This document shows positions 32,064 to 42,030 of a DNA stretch of 64,000 bases, piece after piece (position 1 is the stretch's first letter; every line of letters begins with the position of its first letter). A program made the position numbers and the translations under genes. The notes beneath the pieces are model-generated. The model saw nothing but the letters and a program-made list of their open reading frames with translations. It was not told where the DNA came from and made no database searches. The stretch comes from Myxococcota bacterium (GTDB lineage: Bacteria; Myxococcota_A; Bradymonadia; UBA7976; UBA1532), in the NCBI GenBank assembly GCA_963169045.1, contig CAUJDF010000105.1:9086-73085 (forward strand), read 5' to 3'.

Positions 32064-33911
32064 TCAGAGATCGACGGACCACTTCACGATGGCGCCGGTG
32101 TCCACCTTCGCGCTGTCGACGACCTTCAGCTTCCAGGCGCCCTTCGTCGAGACGCCGGCGAACGCGTCGCTCGACAGCGCGAGGTTCAGGTTGTCGGCGC
32201 CGCCGCCCGTGCGCTCGTGCAGCACGAGCTTCCGGCCGCCGTGCTCGAGCGTGACGAGCAGGTCGCCGACGTAGGTGTGCTCGACGGCCACCTGGATCTT
32301 CACCTGGCTCGCCGGGCGGTCCACGTCGACCTCGATGACGCTCTCGGCGCCCGCCGCCGCGTTGTCGGGGATGGCGACGCGCGTCGCGCTCTCGAAGCGC
32401 TTCGTCTCGCCGGCCGGCGGCGTCGGCACGTCGGGCCGGATGCCGGGCTTCCAGCGGTTCGTGCGCACGCCGCTGACCCCGTAGATCTCCGGATCGGGGT
32501 ACTGCGTGCGCTGCCGGGCGCGCACCTCGGCGTGGTCGTTCATGTATTTGACCAGGTTGTTCCACGAGTACCCGTCGGCATTCCCGCCGGTGAGCACCGC
32601 GGACGCGCCCTTGAAGATGTTGTGATAGAGGATCTCCGCCGTCCGCTCGCTGCCGGTGATGCCCGGCTCCGTGTTGTTGATCACGTCGACGAGCGCATAG
32701 CCCTCGGGATCGCCCTCGGTGGCGCGGTTCCGGAAGATCTGCTTGGTGTAGTAGGCATACGACCAGCAGGCATCCATGAACATGATCTGGTAGCGGTCCT
32801 GCGGATACACCGACGGATCGTCGAGGACGGTCAGCGAGCCGTAGAAGGCGTGGCCGTTGTAATAGACGATCTCGTGGTCGCGGATGGCATCCTGGAACCG
32901 CTTGTTCGCATCCTCGCGCGGCACGTTGTCGGCGAAGAGCACCGGCGTGTACATCGTGAGGCTGACCTTCAGGCCGCCCGGATAGGTCTTCTCGAGGCGG
33001 TGTCCCTGCCGCTCGGGGAAGCGCTCCTTCACCGCGAAGCCGTGGCCCTGGAACGCCCGCGACAGGCTGTCGAAGGCGATGAAACCCCAGTCGTTCGACT
33101 TCAGCTCGCCGTGCTCGATCTGACCGAACAGCGCCACCATGTCGATGCGCTTGTCGGCGACGAGCTTGTCGTACTCGGGGTAGACCGTCGGCGCGTCGAG
33201 GGACGACTCGACCGCGTAGGCGGCCGTGACGAGGTCGGCGTCCTGCAGGGGGCACCCCTCCTGCTCGGGTGCGAAGTAGTAGAAGAGATTGTGGCCGCCG
33301 AGCTCCGACTCGGCCGGCGCGGCGCCGAGGTCGGGATCGAACGCGCACTTGTTGCCGGTGCGGTCGAACAGACCGGCGGGCACGAGCGGCAGCTTCGGCG
33401 CGATGGTGCGGCCGACGAGGTCGGCGGGCGTCAGGCCCTGCCCCTCGAGCGCCTTGAACTTCACGAGCGACTCGACCCGCACCCGATAGTGCAGCTCGAG
33501 GCCGCCCTCGATGACCAGGACGTCGTCGAACTCGGGCGAGCCGCCCTCGAGGTTGAGGTCGAGCTTCTCGGCCTTCAGCGCATTGCGGGCGTACTTGAGC
33601 TGCTCGGTGACGTGCGCGGTGATGTCGCGGTGCGACCAGTCGCCCGGGTCCGCCTGCAGCGCCCTCGCGAGCGCCTGGAGCTCGCTGTCGGTCTTGCCGG
33701 GCAGCATCACGCGGACGTGGCCGGTGAAGGTGGCCTCGAGCTCCGCGGCGCGGGTGCCGACGTAGCCCGTGTCCTCCTTGCCGCCGAGGTAGTCCTCGAA
33801 CTCCGGGATGTCGACGACCTCGGGCTCCTCGGACGCCGCGCCGCCGGCGCCCTCGCCGCACGCCGCCAGCGTCATCGCGCCGAGTCCGAGCCACCACTGC
33901 CAACGCTTCAT
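32064..33911 (-). CDS. Lipoprotein (615 aa) with a C-terminal proprotein-convertase P-domain. There is no recognisable subtilase catalytic triad.
   Basis: MKRWQWWLGLGAMTLAACGEG has a lipobox. The C-terminus (IEVDVDRPASQVKIQVAVEHTYVGDLLVTLEHGGRKLVLHERTGGGADNLN...KGAWKLKVVDSAKVDTGAIVKWSVDL) is P-domain-like. Confidence 0.8.
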   Translation of the reverse strand: MKRWQWWLGLGAMTLAACGEGAGGAASEEPEVVDIPEFEDYLGGKEDTGYVGTRAAELEATFTGHVRVMLPGKTDSELQALARALQADPGDWSHRDITAHVTEQLKYARNALKAEKLDLNLEGGSPEFDDVLVIEGGLELHYRVRVESLVKFKALEGQGLTPADLVGRTIAPKLPLVPAGLFDRTGNKCAFDPDLGAAPAESELGGHNLFYYFAPEQEGCPLQDADLVTAAYAVESSLDAPTVYPEYDKLVADKRIDMVALFGQIEHGELKSNDWGFIAFDSLSRAFQGHGFAVKERFPERQGHRLEKTYPGGLKVSLTMYTPVLFADNVPREDANKRFQDAIRDHEIVYYNGHAFYGSLTVLDDPSVYPQDRYQIMFMDACWSYAYYTKQIFRNRATEGDPEGYALVDVINNTEPGITGSERTAEILYHNIFKGASAVLTGGNADGYSWNNLVKYMNDHAEVRARQRTQYPDPEIYGVSGVRTNRWKPGIRPDVPTPPAGETKRFESATRVAIPDNAAAGAESVIEVDVDRPASQVKIQVAVEHTYVGDLLVTLEHGGRKLVLHERTGGGADNLNLALSSDAFAGVSTKGAWKLKVVDSAKVDTGAIVKWSVDL

Positions 33912-34012
33912 GTTCCGCCCCCGCTCGAGAGATTTCGCGGGCGACGGAATCAAGAGGCGTGCCAACTGTGCGCGCCCGTAGGAAGCGAGCGCACCCATGG
34001 CAACTGCGGTGG

Positions 34013-35191
34013 TCAGGCCTCCGCGACTTCCGCAAGGTCGGTGGCGATCTCGATGGCGCGCGCCACCGCGAACTCGGGGTCCGGGCAGAGATTGGTCCCG
34101 CCGAGCTCGTCGCCGAGGGCGTGGTCGCGGATGCGCAGGAAGAGCTTGCTGTTGGTCACGCAGAGCACGAGGTCGGCGCTGCGATCCCGCAGGACCTTGA
34201 TCGAGCTGACGAGGCCCATGAGGTTGTTGTCGTCGAGATCGACGTCCTCGGCGAGGATGAGCATCACCACCTGGGACTGGGCGCCGATGCGCTCGGCGAG
34301 CCGGCCGAGGTCGGGCGCCCGGCTGCGCCGCTGCCCCTCGCTGCGGATGCGATAGACGCCGACGCCCGGCGGCAGCAGGCCGACGTCGATGCCGAACCTC
34401 GTCAGCTCCTGGTCCTCTTGCTTGTGGTCGACGTGCTGGAGGTTGGCGATGGGCTGCACCACGTCGAGCACGATGAGGAAGCCGAGGAAGCCGATGGGAC
34501 CGGCGAGGCACAGGATGCCGAAGCGGTCGTACGTCGACACGCCGAGCCCGGCGCCGACGAGGAACGACAGCCAGATCGAGAGCAGCAGCACGAGGCGCTG
34601 GACGGACGGGTGCCGTGACGAGAGCCGGAAGGCGCGCCAGAACCGCTCCCACGGCTTGCCCTTGGGCTGGTCGCGCAGCCAGTAGAGCAGCTGGACGCTC
34701 TCGAGGCCGAGGTCGGTGATCACGCCGGTGACATGCGTCGTGCGGACGACGGCGCCGGCGATCTGGGTGATCGTCGCGTTCTGCAGGCCCATGGCCACCG
34801 CGGCGATCGCGACGAGCAGGCTCTGCTGCCACCCCTCGGCGTGCGGGGTCTCCCAGGCGAGCACGCCGAAGACGGACAGCAGCACCACCTCGAAGCTCAG
34901 CGCGAGCGCGTACGTCGACTTGATGCCGATGCGCCCGCCGCCGACGGTGAGGAGGCCGCTGAGAAAGGCCCCCGCGAAGAACATCGCGATGGGGAAACCC
35001 AGCCTGCCGACGGAGGACCAGTCGCCGTGGCCGAGCCCGGCGCCGAGCAGCGCCGTGTTTCCGGTCATGTGCGACGTGAAGATCTTGAAGACGACGACGA
35101 AGCCGACCGCGTCGACGAACCCGCCGATCCACGCGAGTGACACGGCGAGGCGCGCCTTGCGGCGGAGGGTGTAGGCGGACGCGGCGAACAC
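34013..35191 (-). CDS. Membrane protein of the YoaK/DUF1275 family fused to a C-terminal STAS domain, 392 aa. A GTG start is inferred.
   Basis: The DUF1275 signature is LAWIGGFVDAVGFVVVFKIFTSHMTGNTALLG. The STAS-like tail is VVMLILAEDVDLDDNNLMGLVSSIKVLRDRSADLVLCVTNSKLFLRI. The upstream part of the table ORF (to 35542) is Ser/Pro-rich noise. Confidence 0.7.
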   Translation of the reverse strand: MFAASAYTLRRKARLAVSLAWIGGFVDAVGFVVVFKIFTSHMTGNTALLGAGLGHGDWSSVGRLGFPIAMFFAGAFLSGLLTVGGGRIGIKSTYALALSFEVVLLSVFGVLAWETPHAEGWQQSLLVAIAAVAMGLQNATITQIAGAVVRTTHVTGVITDLGLESVQLLYWLRDQPKGKPWERFWRAFRLSSRHPSVQRLVLLLSIWLSFLVGAGLGVSTYDRFGILCLAGPIGFLGFLIVLDVVQPIANLQHVDHKQEDQELTRFGIDVGLLPPGVGVYRIRSEGQRRSRAPDLGRLAERIGAQSQVVMLILAEDVDLDDNNLMGLVSSIKVLRDRSADLVLCVTNSKLFLRIRDHALGDELGGTNLCPDPEFAVARAIEIATDLAEVAEA

Positions 35192-35228
35192 GTGAACCTC
35201 GAAAATCCGCGGCCTTATAGCACAGGCG

Positions 35229-37427
35229 TCAGCGGAGTCGAGCCTCGAAGCCGGCGGAGAGGACGAACCAGCCGCGGCGCACGAGGGGCGCGACGGGGAA
35301 GGTGGGCACGACGCGGATCTCTTGCAGGGAGGGGGCGAGCTCGCCGTAGACGTCCGGGCCGACGACGATGGGATCGATGGGCAGCGACAATCCGTTGCCG
35401 ATGGCCTCCTGGACCTTCGGCCACACGATGCCGGCGACGAGCGGGCCGAGCGTGTCCGGCGGCAGGATGGGGCGGTCGCCGCCGGCGCGGACGAGCGCGG
35501 CCTTGATGTCGGGCATCTCCGCGATGCCGAAGCGGATGCCACCGTCGCCCACTTCGAGCGTCAGGCCGGCGCGGATGCTCAGCACATAGTGGTCGGGCTC
35601 GGCGTTGCGCGGGCTGGTGGCGAACAGATCGAGCTCGCCGGCCTGCAGCTCGAAGAAGTACGGGCTGCCGGGCGGCGTGGCGACGACGAGCGGCTGCAGG
35701 CGGCCGTCGACGCGGGCCTCGCGAATGAGGCCCATGACCTGCGCCGGCAGCACGCTCGTCACGTCGATGCGCAGCGCGCCCTGGCGCCAGACCTCGTGCA
35801 GCAGCGCGTTGACGGCGACGAGCCGCGCGCCGATGGCGAGGCCGGCGCCGGCGGGGTAGGGCGGCGGCTCGTCCAGGCCCTCGGCGGGGATGCCGGGGTC
35901 CGGGTGCGGCGGCTGCACCTCCATGCGCTGGTCGATGCGGCCGGTGATGCCGAGCTCGAGCGCGTCGCGGGCCTGCGGGCGCGGCTCGCCGAGCACGAAG
36001 CCGACGTCGAGGTGGATCGGCGGCACCGGCGGCTCCTCGTCGACGTCGAGCGGGATGTGTCGCAGCACGCCGAGCGCGTCGTCGAGCGTGCCCTCGAGGA
36101 AGTTCGGCACCTGGTCGCTGATGAGATCGTCGACGGTGTCTTCGGCGAAGCGCTCGATGACACCCCGCAACAGACTGCCGAACGTGTCGAGCACCGCCTG
36201 GGCCGTCGAGTCGTCCATGCGGCCGCCGAGGTTCTCGATGGCGACGCCGACGTCCTCGAGCAGCAACTGCGGGCGGCCCTCGGCGTCGGCTTCGATGCGC
36301 ACGCGGGCGAACGCCGCCGCCGTGACGAAGACGGTGCCCGACAGGTCGAAGCGCTCGCCCTCGACGAGCAGCGCGCCCTGCGTGTCGATCTCGAGGTTGT
36401 CGAGGCGCAGGAAGGCCTCGAGGCCGTCGTCGGAGAGGATGAGCGAGGCGTCCGGCGTGCCGGGGCGGATGGCGGTCACCCGGAGCGAGAGCGGGTCGCC
36501 CTCGGCCAGCACCGGATCGGGCACGAGGCCGAGCGGCTCGGCGCGCGACAGGAAGCCTTCGAGCAGGCCGGCGATGTCGCCCACCGCGAGCACGCCCATC
36601 TCGTCCGGCGCCGGCAGCTGGGCGCCCTGGTCGAGCAGGCCCTGGGCGAGGCGGACGACGACCGACTCGGGCAGGTCGACGCCGCGGGCGTCGGCGCGCA
36701 GCGACTGCGGCGCCCAGAGGACCTCCATCACGACGCGGGCCGGCGGGCGGCGCACGCCGTCGTCGGCGATGACGTCGATGCGGTTGAGGCCGAAGGTGGC
36801 CGGCAGGGTGTGCTCGAAGCTGCCGTCGGCGGCGTTGCGCGAGACCGGCTCGTCGTTCACGAAGACCCGCACGTCACCGCTGTCGACGGCGGTGCCGCGG
36901 ACGGTGATCGAGGGGGCGTCGCCGACCACGAGCGACGCGCGCTCCGGCGAGGTGACGGTCAGCACCGGCGGCGCGTCGTCGACGAAGAAGCTCACGCGGC
37001 CGCAGACGTCGGGGCCGGCGCACGCGCGCACCGCGCCCTGGCCCTCGCGCTGGAACGTCAGGCGCTGCGCGCCGTCGATCGTCCCCGCGCCGGGGGGCTG
37101 GACGTCCCAGCTCAGCCTCGCGCCTTCGACGACGTCGCCGTAACGGTCGTAGACGACGGCGGTCGCCTGCGGGTGCTCTTCGCGCGTGAACAGCGGCTGC
37201 CGCGGCGCCAGCGCCATCTCGACGTACGCGGGCACGCCGGTCGGATCGGGCGCGGCGTCGCGACGCCAGCCGGGCGGGAGCGCGTCGTCGTCGGCGGGGC
37301 CCGCGTCGGCAGGCGGCGCCTCGGCCATGTCGGGCGCGGGCGCGGCGTCGAGGCCGTCGTCGCCGCGGCCGGCGGTGCTGTCGTCGCAGGCCGCGAGGGC
37401 CAGCGCGAGGAGCATGAACCTACGCAT
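35229..37427 (-). CDS. Lipoprotein (732 aa), hypothetical, and a paralog-like partner of the upstream gene.
   Basis: MRRFMLLALALAACDD has a lipobox. SD GGGAGGG precedes it. Its ATG overlaps the stop of the upstream gene (TGATG). Confidence 0.75.
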   Translation of the reverse strand: MRRFMLLALALAACDDSTAGRGDDGLDAAPAPDMAEAPPADAGPADDDALPPGWRRDAAPDPTGVPAYVEMALAPRQPLFTREEHPQATAVVYDRYGDVVEGARLSWDVQPPGAGTIDGAQRLTFQREGQGAVRACAGPDVCGRVSFFVDDAPPVLTVTSPERASLVVGDAPSITVRGTAVDSGDVRVFVNDEPVSRNAADGSFEHTLPATFGLNRIDVIADDGVRRPPARVVMEVLWAPQSLRADARGVDLPESVVVRLAQGLLDQGAQLPAPDEMGVLAVGDIAGLLEGFLSRAEPLGLVPDPVLAEGDPLSLRVTAIRPGTPDASLILSDDGLEAFLRLDNLEIDTQGALLVEGERFDLSGTVFVTAAAFARVRIEADAEGRPQLLLEDVGVAIENLGGRMDDSTAQAVLDTFGSLLRGVIERFAEDTVDDLISDQVPNFLEGTLDDALGVLRHIPLDVDEEPPVPPIHLDVGFVLGEPRPQARDALELGITGRIDQRMEVQPPHPDPGIPAEGLDEPPPYPAGAGLAIGARLVAVNALLHEVWRQGALRIDVTSVLPAQVMGLIREARVDGRLQPLVVATPPGSPYFFELQAGELDLFATSPRNAEPDHYVLSIRAGLTLEVGDGGIRFGIAEMPDIKAALVRAGGDRPILPPDTLGPLVAGIVWPKVQEAIGNGLSLPIDPIVVGPDVYGELAPSLQEIRVVPTFPVAPLVRRGWFVLSAGFEARLR

Positions 37428-40261
37428 CACTGGCCCTCCCGGAAGTTGCCGTCGAGCTTCCAGTACGCGGCGTCGCCGTTCAGGCGCGCGTCGAACAGAC
37501 CCAGCAGCCGCCCCACGGGCAGGTCGTACTGGCCGAGGCTCTGCGGGATCTCGAAGGTGGGGATGGGGATCACGGGCAGGCCGTCGTTGAGCGCCCGGTC
37601 GATCATGCTGCGCAGCACGCGGGTGAGCGTGTCCTCGAGCACGTTGCGCGCGCGCTCGCTCACCGCCGCGCCGCCGAAGGCCAGGTGCAGCGCCTCGACG
37701 TCGACGCCCTCGAAGACGAGGTCCCGCTCGTTCTGCAGGCGGACGGTCGCCGACAGCTCGCCGGCCAGGTACACGCGGAACGCGTCCTCGAACAGGCCCG
37801 GGTAGACCACGCCCGCCGTCACCGGCCCCAGGAAGACGCGGATCGTGGGCTGGTTCGGCGCGCCGATCACCACGGGCGGCGTCGGCAGCGAGAGGAACAC
37901 CTCGGTGCCCTCGGGCAGGTCGCCGGCGACGTTGCCGACGAGGCCGCCGACCTCGGTGTCGAAGTAGCCGGCGCGCCAGAGGCGGTGGAGCGCCTGATTG
38001 AGCACCGCGAGGCCCACGGCGGCGCCGACGGTGCGGTCCGCGGGCAGGTCGGGGCGCCCTGTGCCCGGCGGCAGCGGCACGCCGGGGCTGCGCGCCGCGA
38101 TGCGCGCCGGACCGGACATCTTGGCCTCGATGCCGAGGAGCGCCCGACCCTGCGCGAAGTCCACGGTCGACAGGCCCACCTGCAGCGTCATGCGCACCGG
38201 CTCGCCGCCGGTGAGGCTCGGCACGTCGAAGCCCTGCGCGAGCGCGCCGACGTCGAGGTTGCCGAGCAGGTCCTCGAGCGCGCTGTCGATGTTGTCGTCG
38301 AGGAAGTCGCGCAGCGCGTCGACGATCGTGCGGCGGATGAGGCCCTCGAACGCCTCGAACACGAGCTCGAGGATGAAGCCCGTCAGGAAGCCGGAGAAGT
38401 CGCTGTCGAGGTCGCCGACGCTCACCTCGTCGACGCTGCGCAGGCGGACCTCCGGGTTGCCGTCGAAGCGGCGGCCGACGTCGAACGTGAGCCCGATCGT
38501 GATGTGCGACGCGGAGATGTGCGCGCGGTTGCCGAGCGTGCCCTGCAGCTGCGCGAAGACGTTGAGGTCGCGGATGCTCGCCCGCACCCGCAGCCCCCGG
38601 TCGACGATCGTCAGCTCGAGCGTGTTGCGGCCGCCGATCTGCAGGTCGCGGTACTCGACGCCGATGCGGAACAGACAGACGCCGAGCACGTCGACGCGGC
38701 ACTCGTTGGGCACGATGGGGTTCTGCGCGAGCGCGGCCTGGTGGACGGTGTCGCGCAGGCCACGGCTGTTCACGACCCGGCGCAGGATGTCGGCGATGCT
38801 CTGCAGCGGGCGGTCCGGCTCGCCCTCGTCGAGCGCGCCCTGGCCGAGCCGCAGCACGAGCGCGTCGGTGAGCGACTGGTTCTCGTCGAGGTACTCGTCG
38901 GCGGCGAAGTAGGCGCAGAAGGTACTGTTCTCGTTGCCGTTCTCGTCGACGGCGACCACGTCGTGCACGTTCAGGCCCCACTCGGCCTCGCGATCCGCCC
39001 GCCAGCTACCGTCGGGGCGCAGGTCCACCGGCTGCCCGTCGACGAGCACCCGCTGGATGGCCGCCACGTCGGCGACGCGTCCCTCGAGCGCGAGGTGGCC
39101 GCCCTCCGGGCGACGGATCCACTCGCCGGGGGCGGGGAACTCGCAGGCGATGCCGGGTCCGCCGAAGTCGACGAGGATCTCGCGCTCGGCGTGGAGGACG
39201 CGGTCGTCCTGCGTGGGCCCGGGGACGTCGACGATGAGGCGGTAGCGGCCCTCGGGGCGCAGGCGGTAGCGGCCGGCGCCGAACGTCTCGAGCGGCGGGT
39301 CGCTGCCGAAGACGAGGGCCGCGTCGGGCACCGGGTTGTCGAAGCGGTCCGTCACGCTGGCGACGAGCTCGACGACGGAGCCGACGCGATAGACGGGCCG
39401 GTCCGGGAAGAGGCCGACGGCGAGGCGGGCCGGCAGGCCGGGGCGGACGCGCAGCGCCTGGCTCGGCGCGGGCTCGGCGCCGGGCAAGGTGCAGGTCACC
39501 TCGTAATCGCCCGTCTTTTCGAAGATATAGCGGCCCTCACCGATGCGGCGCAGGTCCGGCGGGGGCGGGCGCACGCGCACCTCGAAGCCGCTCTCCTCCA
39601 CGGGGATGACGTTGCCCGCCTCGTCGAAGGCCTCGCACGTGATGCCGACGTCGCCGCCCGCCGCGATCTCGTCGTCGTCCATCACGGTGACGACGGTGCG
39701 CGCGGGCCCGGGCAGGACCGTCCACTCGGCGGGCGTCGGGTCGCGCAGGCCCAGGTCGGGGGCGGTGCAGACGATGCGGTAGTCGCGGGCGATGACGCCG
39801 ACGACGCCCACCTCGGTGCGCTCGAAGCCCGAGTCGGGGTGGATCTCGACGACGGTGCGGTGGCCGGGGATGGGCGCGCCCTGCTGGTCGAGCACCTCGC
39901 AGGTGACGCGATTCTCGAGGCCGACCGGGGTGTTGCGGTCGCCGACGCGCGTCTCGATCGCGAACGGGACCTGATCGAAGTCGGCGGCGTCTCTCTCGCC
40001 CTCTCGCGGTGGCGTTCCGCAACCGCTGTCGGAATCGCAGGGTCCCGCGTCGGTCTCGGGCGCCGCGTCGCCCTCCGCTTCTGCGTCGCCCGCCTCGGGC
40101 CCGGCGTCGGGCGCCGCGCCGTCGACGCGCGGCCGCGGCCCCACGTCCGGCAGGGTGATGATCCCCCCGTTCGAGTCGTCGGGCGCGCGCTGCGCCGTCT
40201 CGTCGCACGCCGCCAGCGCGAACACCGCGGCCGCCAACAGCAAATGGCTGCTACGTCGCAT
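37427..40261 (-). CDS. Lipoprotein (944 aa) with N-terminal Ig-like repeats, hypothetical.
   Basis: MRRSSHLLLAAAVFALAACDE has a lipobox. SD GGGGGAG precedes it. The full ORF is GC3-rich, and its C-terminal half is related in architecture to the downstream gene. Confidence 0.75.
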   Translation of the reverse strand: MRRSSHLLLAAAVFALAACDETAQRAPDDSNGGIITLPDVGPRPRVDGAAPDAGPEAGDAEAEGDAAPETDAGPCDSDSGCGTPPREGERDAADFDQVPFAIETRVGDRNTPVGLENRVTCEVLDQQGAPIPGHRTVVEIHPDSGFERTEVGVVGVIARDYRIVCTAPDLGLRDPTPAEWTVLPGPARTVVTVMDDDEIAAGGDVGITCEAFDEAGNVIPVEESGFEVRVRPPPPDLRRIGEGRYIFEKTGDYEVTCTLPGAEPAPSQALRVRPGLPARLAVGLFPDRPVYRVGSVVELVASVTDRFDNPVPDAALVFGSDPPLETFGAGRYRLRPEGRYRLIVDVPGPTQDDRVLHAEREILVDFGGPGIACEFPAPGEWIRRPEGGHLALEGRVADVAAIQRVLVDGQPVDLRPDGSWRADREAEWGLNVHDVVAVDENGNENSTFCAYFAADEYLDENQSLTDALVLRLGQGALDEGEPDRPLQSIADILRRVVNSRGLRDTVHQAALAQNPIVPNECRVDVLGVCLFRIGVEYRDLQIGGRNTLELTIVDRGLRVRASIRDLNVFAQLQGTLGNRAHISASHITIGLTFDVGRRFDGNPEVRLRSVDEVSVGDLDSDFSGFLTGFILELVFEAFEGLIRRTIVDALRDFLDDNIDSALEDLLGNLDVGALAQGFDVPSLTGGEPVRMTLQVGLSTVDFAQGRALLGIEAKMSGPARIAARSPGVPLPPGTGRPDLPADRTVGAAVGLAVLNQALHRLWRAGYFDTEVGGLVGNVAGDLPEGTEVFLSLPTPPVVIGAPNQPTIRVFLGPVTAGVVYPGLFEDAFRVYLAGELSATVRLQNERDLVFEGVDVEALHLAFGGAAVSERARNVLEDTLTRVLRSMIDRALNDGLPVIPIPTFEIPQSLGQYDLPVGRLLGLFDARLNGDAAYWKLDGNFREGQ

Positions 40262-40405
40262 CGCTCCCCCAATCGAGTCGCGAGGATAGCAGCATCGCCG
40301 GGGGCGTGCGCCAGCGCGGCGCGTGTCGCATGCAATGGCAGGCCGACGGCGTCGCCGCAGTCTCCGCGGTGGCGAGCCTCGGGCAGAAGCCCGAGTGCGC
40401 TCGGC

Positions 40406-41071
40406 TCAAACGAGGGCGAGGACGGCGTCGACCATCTTCTTGAGGCCGGCGCGCACGAGGTGCGGGCGGGCGTCGCCGTACATGTACGCGGGCGTCGAGA
40501 CGACGCGGTGCGCGACGTCGACGACGATCTCATCGACGGCGCGGGCGACGTGCTCGGCGCCCATGGCGGTGAGCGCGGCGACGGCGCCGTCGTCGGCGGC
40601 GCCCACGGTGAGCTGGACCCCGCGGACGCCGGCGTCGCGGAAGATGGCGGCGGCCATGGCCGGCGCGATGCACGCGAACCCCAGGGGCTTGCGCGCCGCC
40701 TTCATCGCGAGCACGAGGCGCGCGACATCCGGGCGGACCGTGCAGTCGGCGCCCTTCACGGCGAAGTCGCACAGGTTCTTGGCGACGCCGAAGCCGCCGG
40801 GGAAGACGAGCGCGTCGAGCTCGCCCGCCTGCGAGATCTCGACGACCTTGCCGCGGGCGATGCGCGCCGCCTCGACCAGCACGTTGCGCTGCTCGCCGCC
40901 GGCCACGTCGCCGCGCGCGTGGTCGACCACGTGCATCTGCTCGACGTCCGGCGCGAGGAACACATACTCCGCGCCGGCCTCGTCGAGCGCGAGCATCGTG
41001 AACACGGCCTCGTGGATCTCCGCGCCGTCGTAGACGCCGCAGCCGCTCAGCACCACCCCTACGCGTGCCAT
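40406..41071 (-). CDS. elbB: Isoprenoid biosynthesis glyoxalase ElbB (DJ-1/PfpI superfamily), 221 aa.
   Basis: MARVGVVLSGCGVYDGAEIHEAV...GFACIAPA matches ElbB. A strong SD (GGGAGGGGG) precedes it. Confidence 0.85.
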   Translation of the reverse strand: MARVGVVLSGCGVYDGAEIHEAVFTMLALDEAGAEYVFLAPDVEQMHVVDHARGDVAGGEQRNVLVEAARIARGKVVEISQAGELDALVFPGGFGVAKNLCDFAVKGADCTVRPDVARLVLAMKAARKPLGFACIAPAMAAAIFRDAGVRGVQLTVGAADDGAVAALTAMGAEHVARAVDEIVVDVAHRVVSTPAYMYGDARPHLVRAGLKKMVDAVLALV

Positions 41072-41084
41072 CGCCCCCTCCCGA

Positions 41085-41882
41085 TCAAATGGGGAAAACC
41101 GTGCCCCAGTGGGCCTGTCCGCCGTCGACACACACCGTCTCGCCGGTCACGTAGCGCCCCGACGGACCGGCGAGATAGACCACCGCCCACGCGACGTCGT
41201 CCTCGGTGCCGAGCCGTTTGAGCGGGATGTGTTTGGGCACCTCGGTCTCGATCTGACTGCGAACGAAGTCGGGATAGGTGTCGAGGCCGCTCGACCGGAT
41301 GATCCCGGGGGCGACCGCGTTCACCAGCACGCCGTGCTTCGCCCACTCGAGCGCCAGCGTCTTCGTGAGGTTCACGACGCCGGCGCGCGCGGCGCCGGTG
41401 TGCGCCATGCCGGGGAAGCCGCGCCACATGTTGGCGACGATGCTGATGATGCGTCCTCCGCCCGCGGCGATCATGCGCTTGCCGACCACCTGGCTCATGT
41501 GGAACGTGCCGTTGAGGTTCGTGTCGATGACGGCCTGCCATCCCTTGGCCGAGATGTCGGCCGCCGCCGAAGGGAACTGGCCGCCGGCGTTGTTCACGAG
41601 CACGTCGATCCTGCCGAAACGCTCGCAGACCTGCGCCACCCACGCCTCGACCGCGTCTCGCTGGCGGATGTCGAGGGGCGCGTGGAACACCTCGATGCCT
41701 TCGCCCGCGAGCTCGGCGGCGGCCGCGCCGAGCCGCTCGGCCTTGCGCGCGCCGAGCGCGAGCTTCGCGCCGAGCCGGCCGCACTCGCGCGCGATGGCCA
41801 GCCCGATGCCGGAGCCGCCGCCGGTGACGACGACGACCTGGTCGCGCAACAGCCCCTCACGGAACACTTCGCTCGCCTTCAT
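41085..41882 (-). CDS. SDR-family short-chain dehydrogenase/reductase.
   Basis: The cofactor motif is VVVVTGGGSGIGLAIA (TGxxxGxG), with the NNAG motif present. It sits 13 bp upstream of elbB on the same strand. Confidence 0.9.
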   Translation of the reverse strand: MKASEVFREGLLRDQVVVVTGGGSGIGLAIARECGRLGAKLALGARKAERLGAAAAELAGEGIEVFHAPLDIRQRDAVEAWVAQVCERFGRIDVLVNNAGGQFPSAAADISAKGWQAVIDTNLNGTFHMSQVVGKRMIAAGGGRIISIVANMWRGFPGMAHTGAARAGVVNLTKTLALEWAKHGVLVNAVAPGIIRSSGLDTYPDFVRSQIETEVPKHIPLKRLGTEDDVAWAVVYLAGPSGRYVTGETVCVDGGQAHWGTVFPI

Positions 41883-42030
41883 GTGGCTGCACTACCGCGA
41901 GCAGCGCGCCGCGGTCAACCCGGCGCCACCTGTCGCGGCGGCGGCTCGTCGTCGGCGCAACTTCCGGAAACGTGTCGCGCGCTCTCGAGAACCGCCGGAG
42001 CTTGCGGACGGTCTTCGAGAGTCCGCAGCC

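Noticed and set aside
32043-34355. 770-aa plus ORF
   Set aside because: It is antisense to the P-domain lipoprotein and DUF1275-STAS genes, with low-complexity Arg/Ala/Leu composition.
37685-41221. 1178-aa plus ORF
   Set aside because: It is antisense to the 944-aa lipoprotein, elbB and the SDR gene, and is Arg/Ala/Asp-rich.
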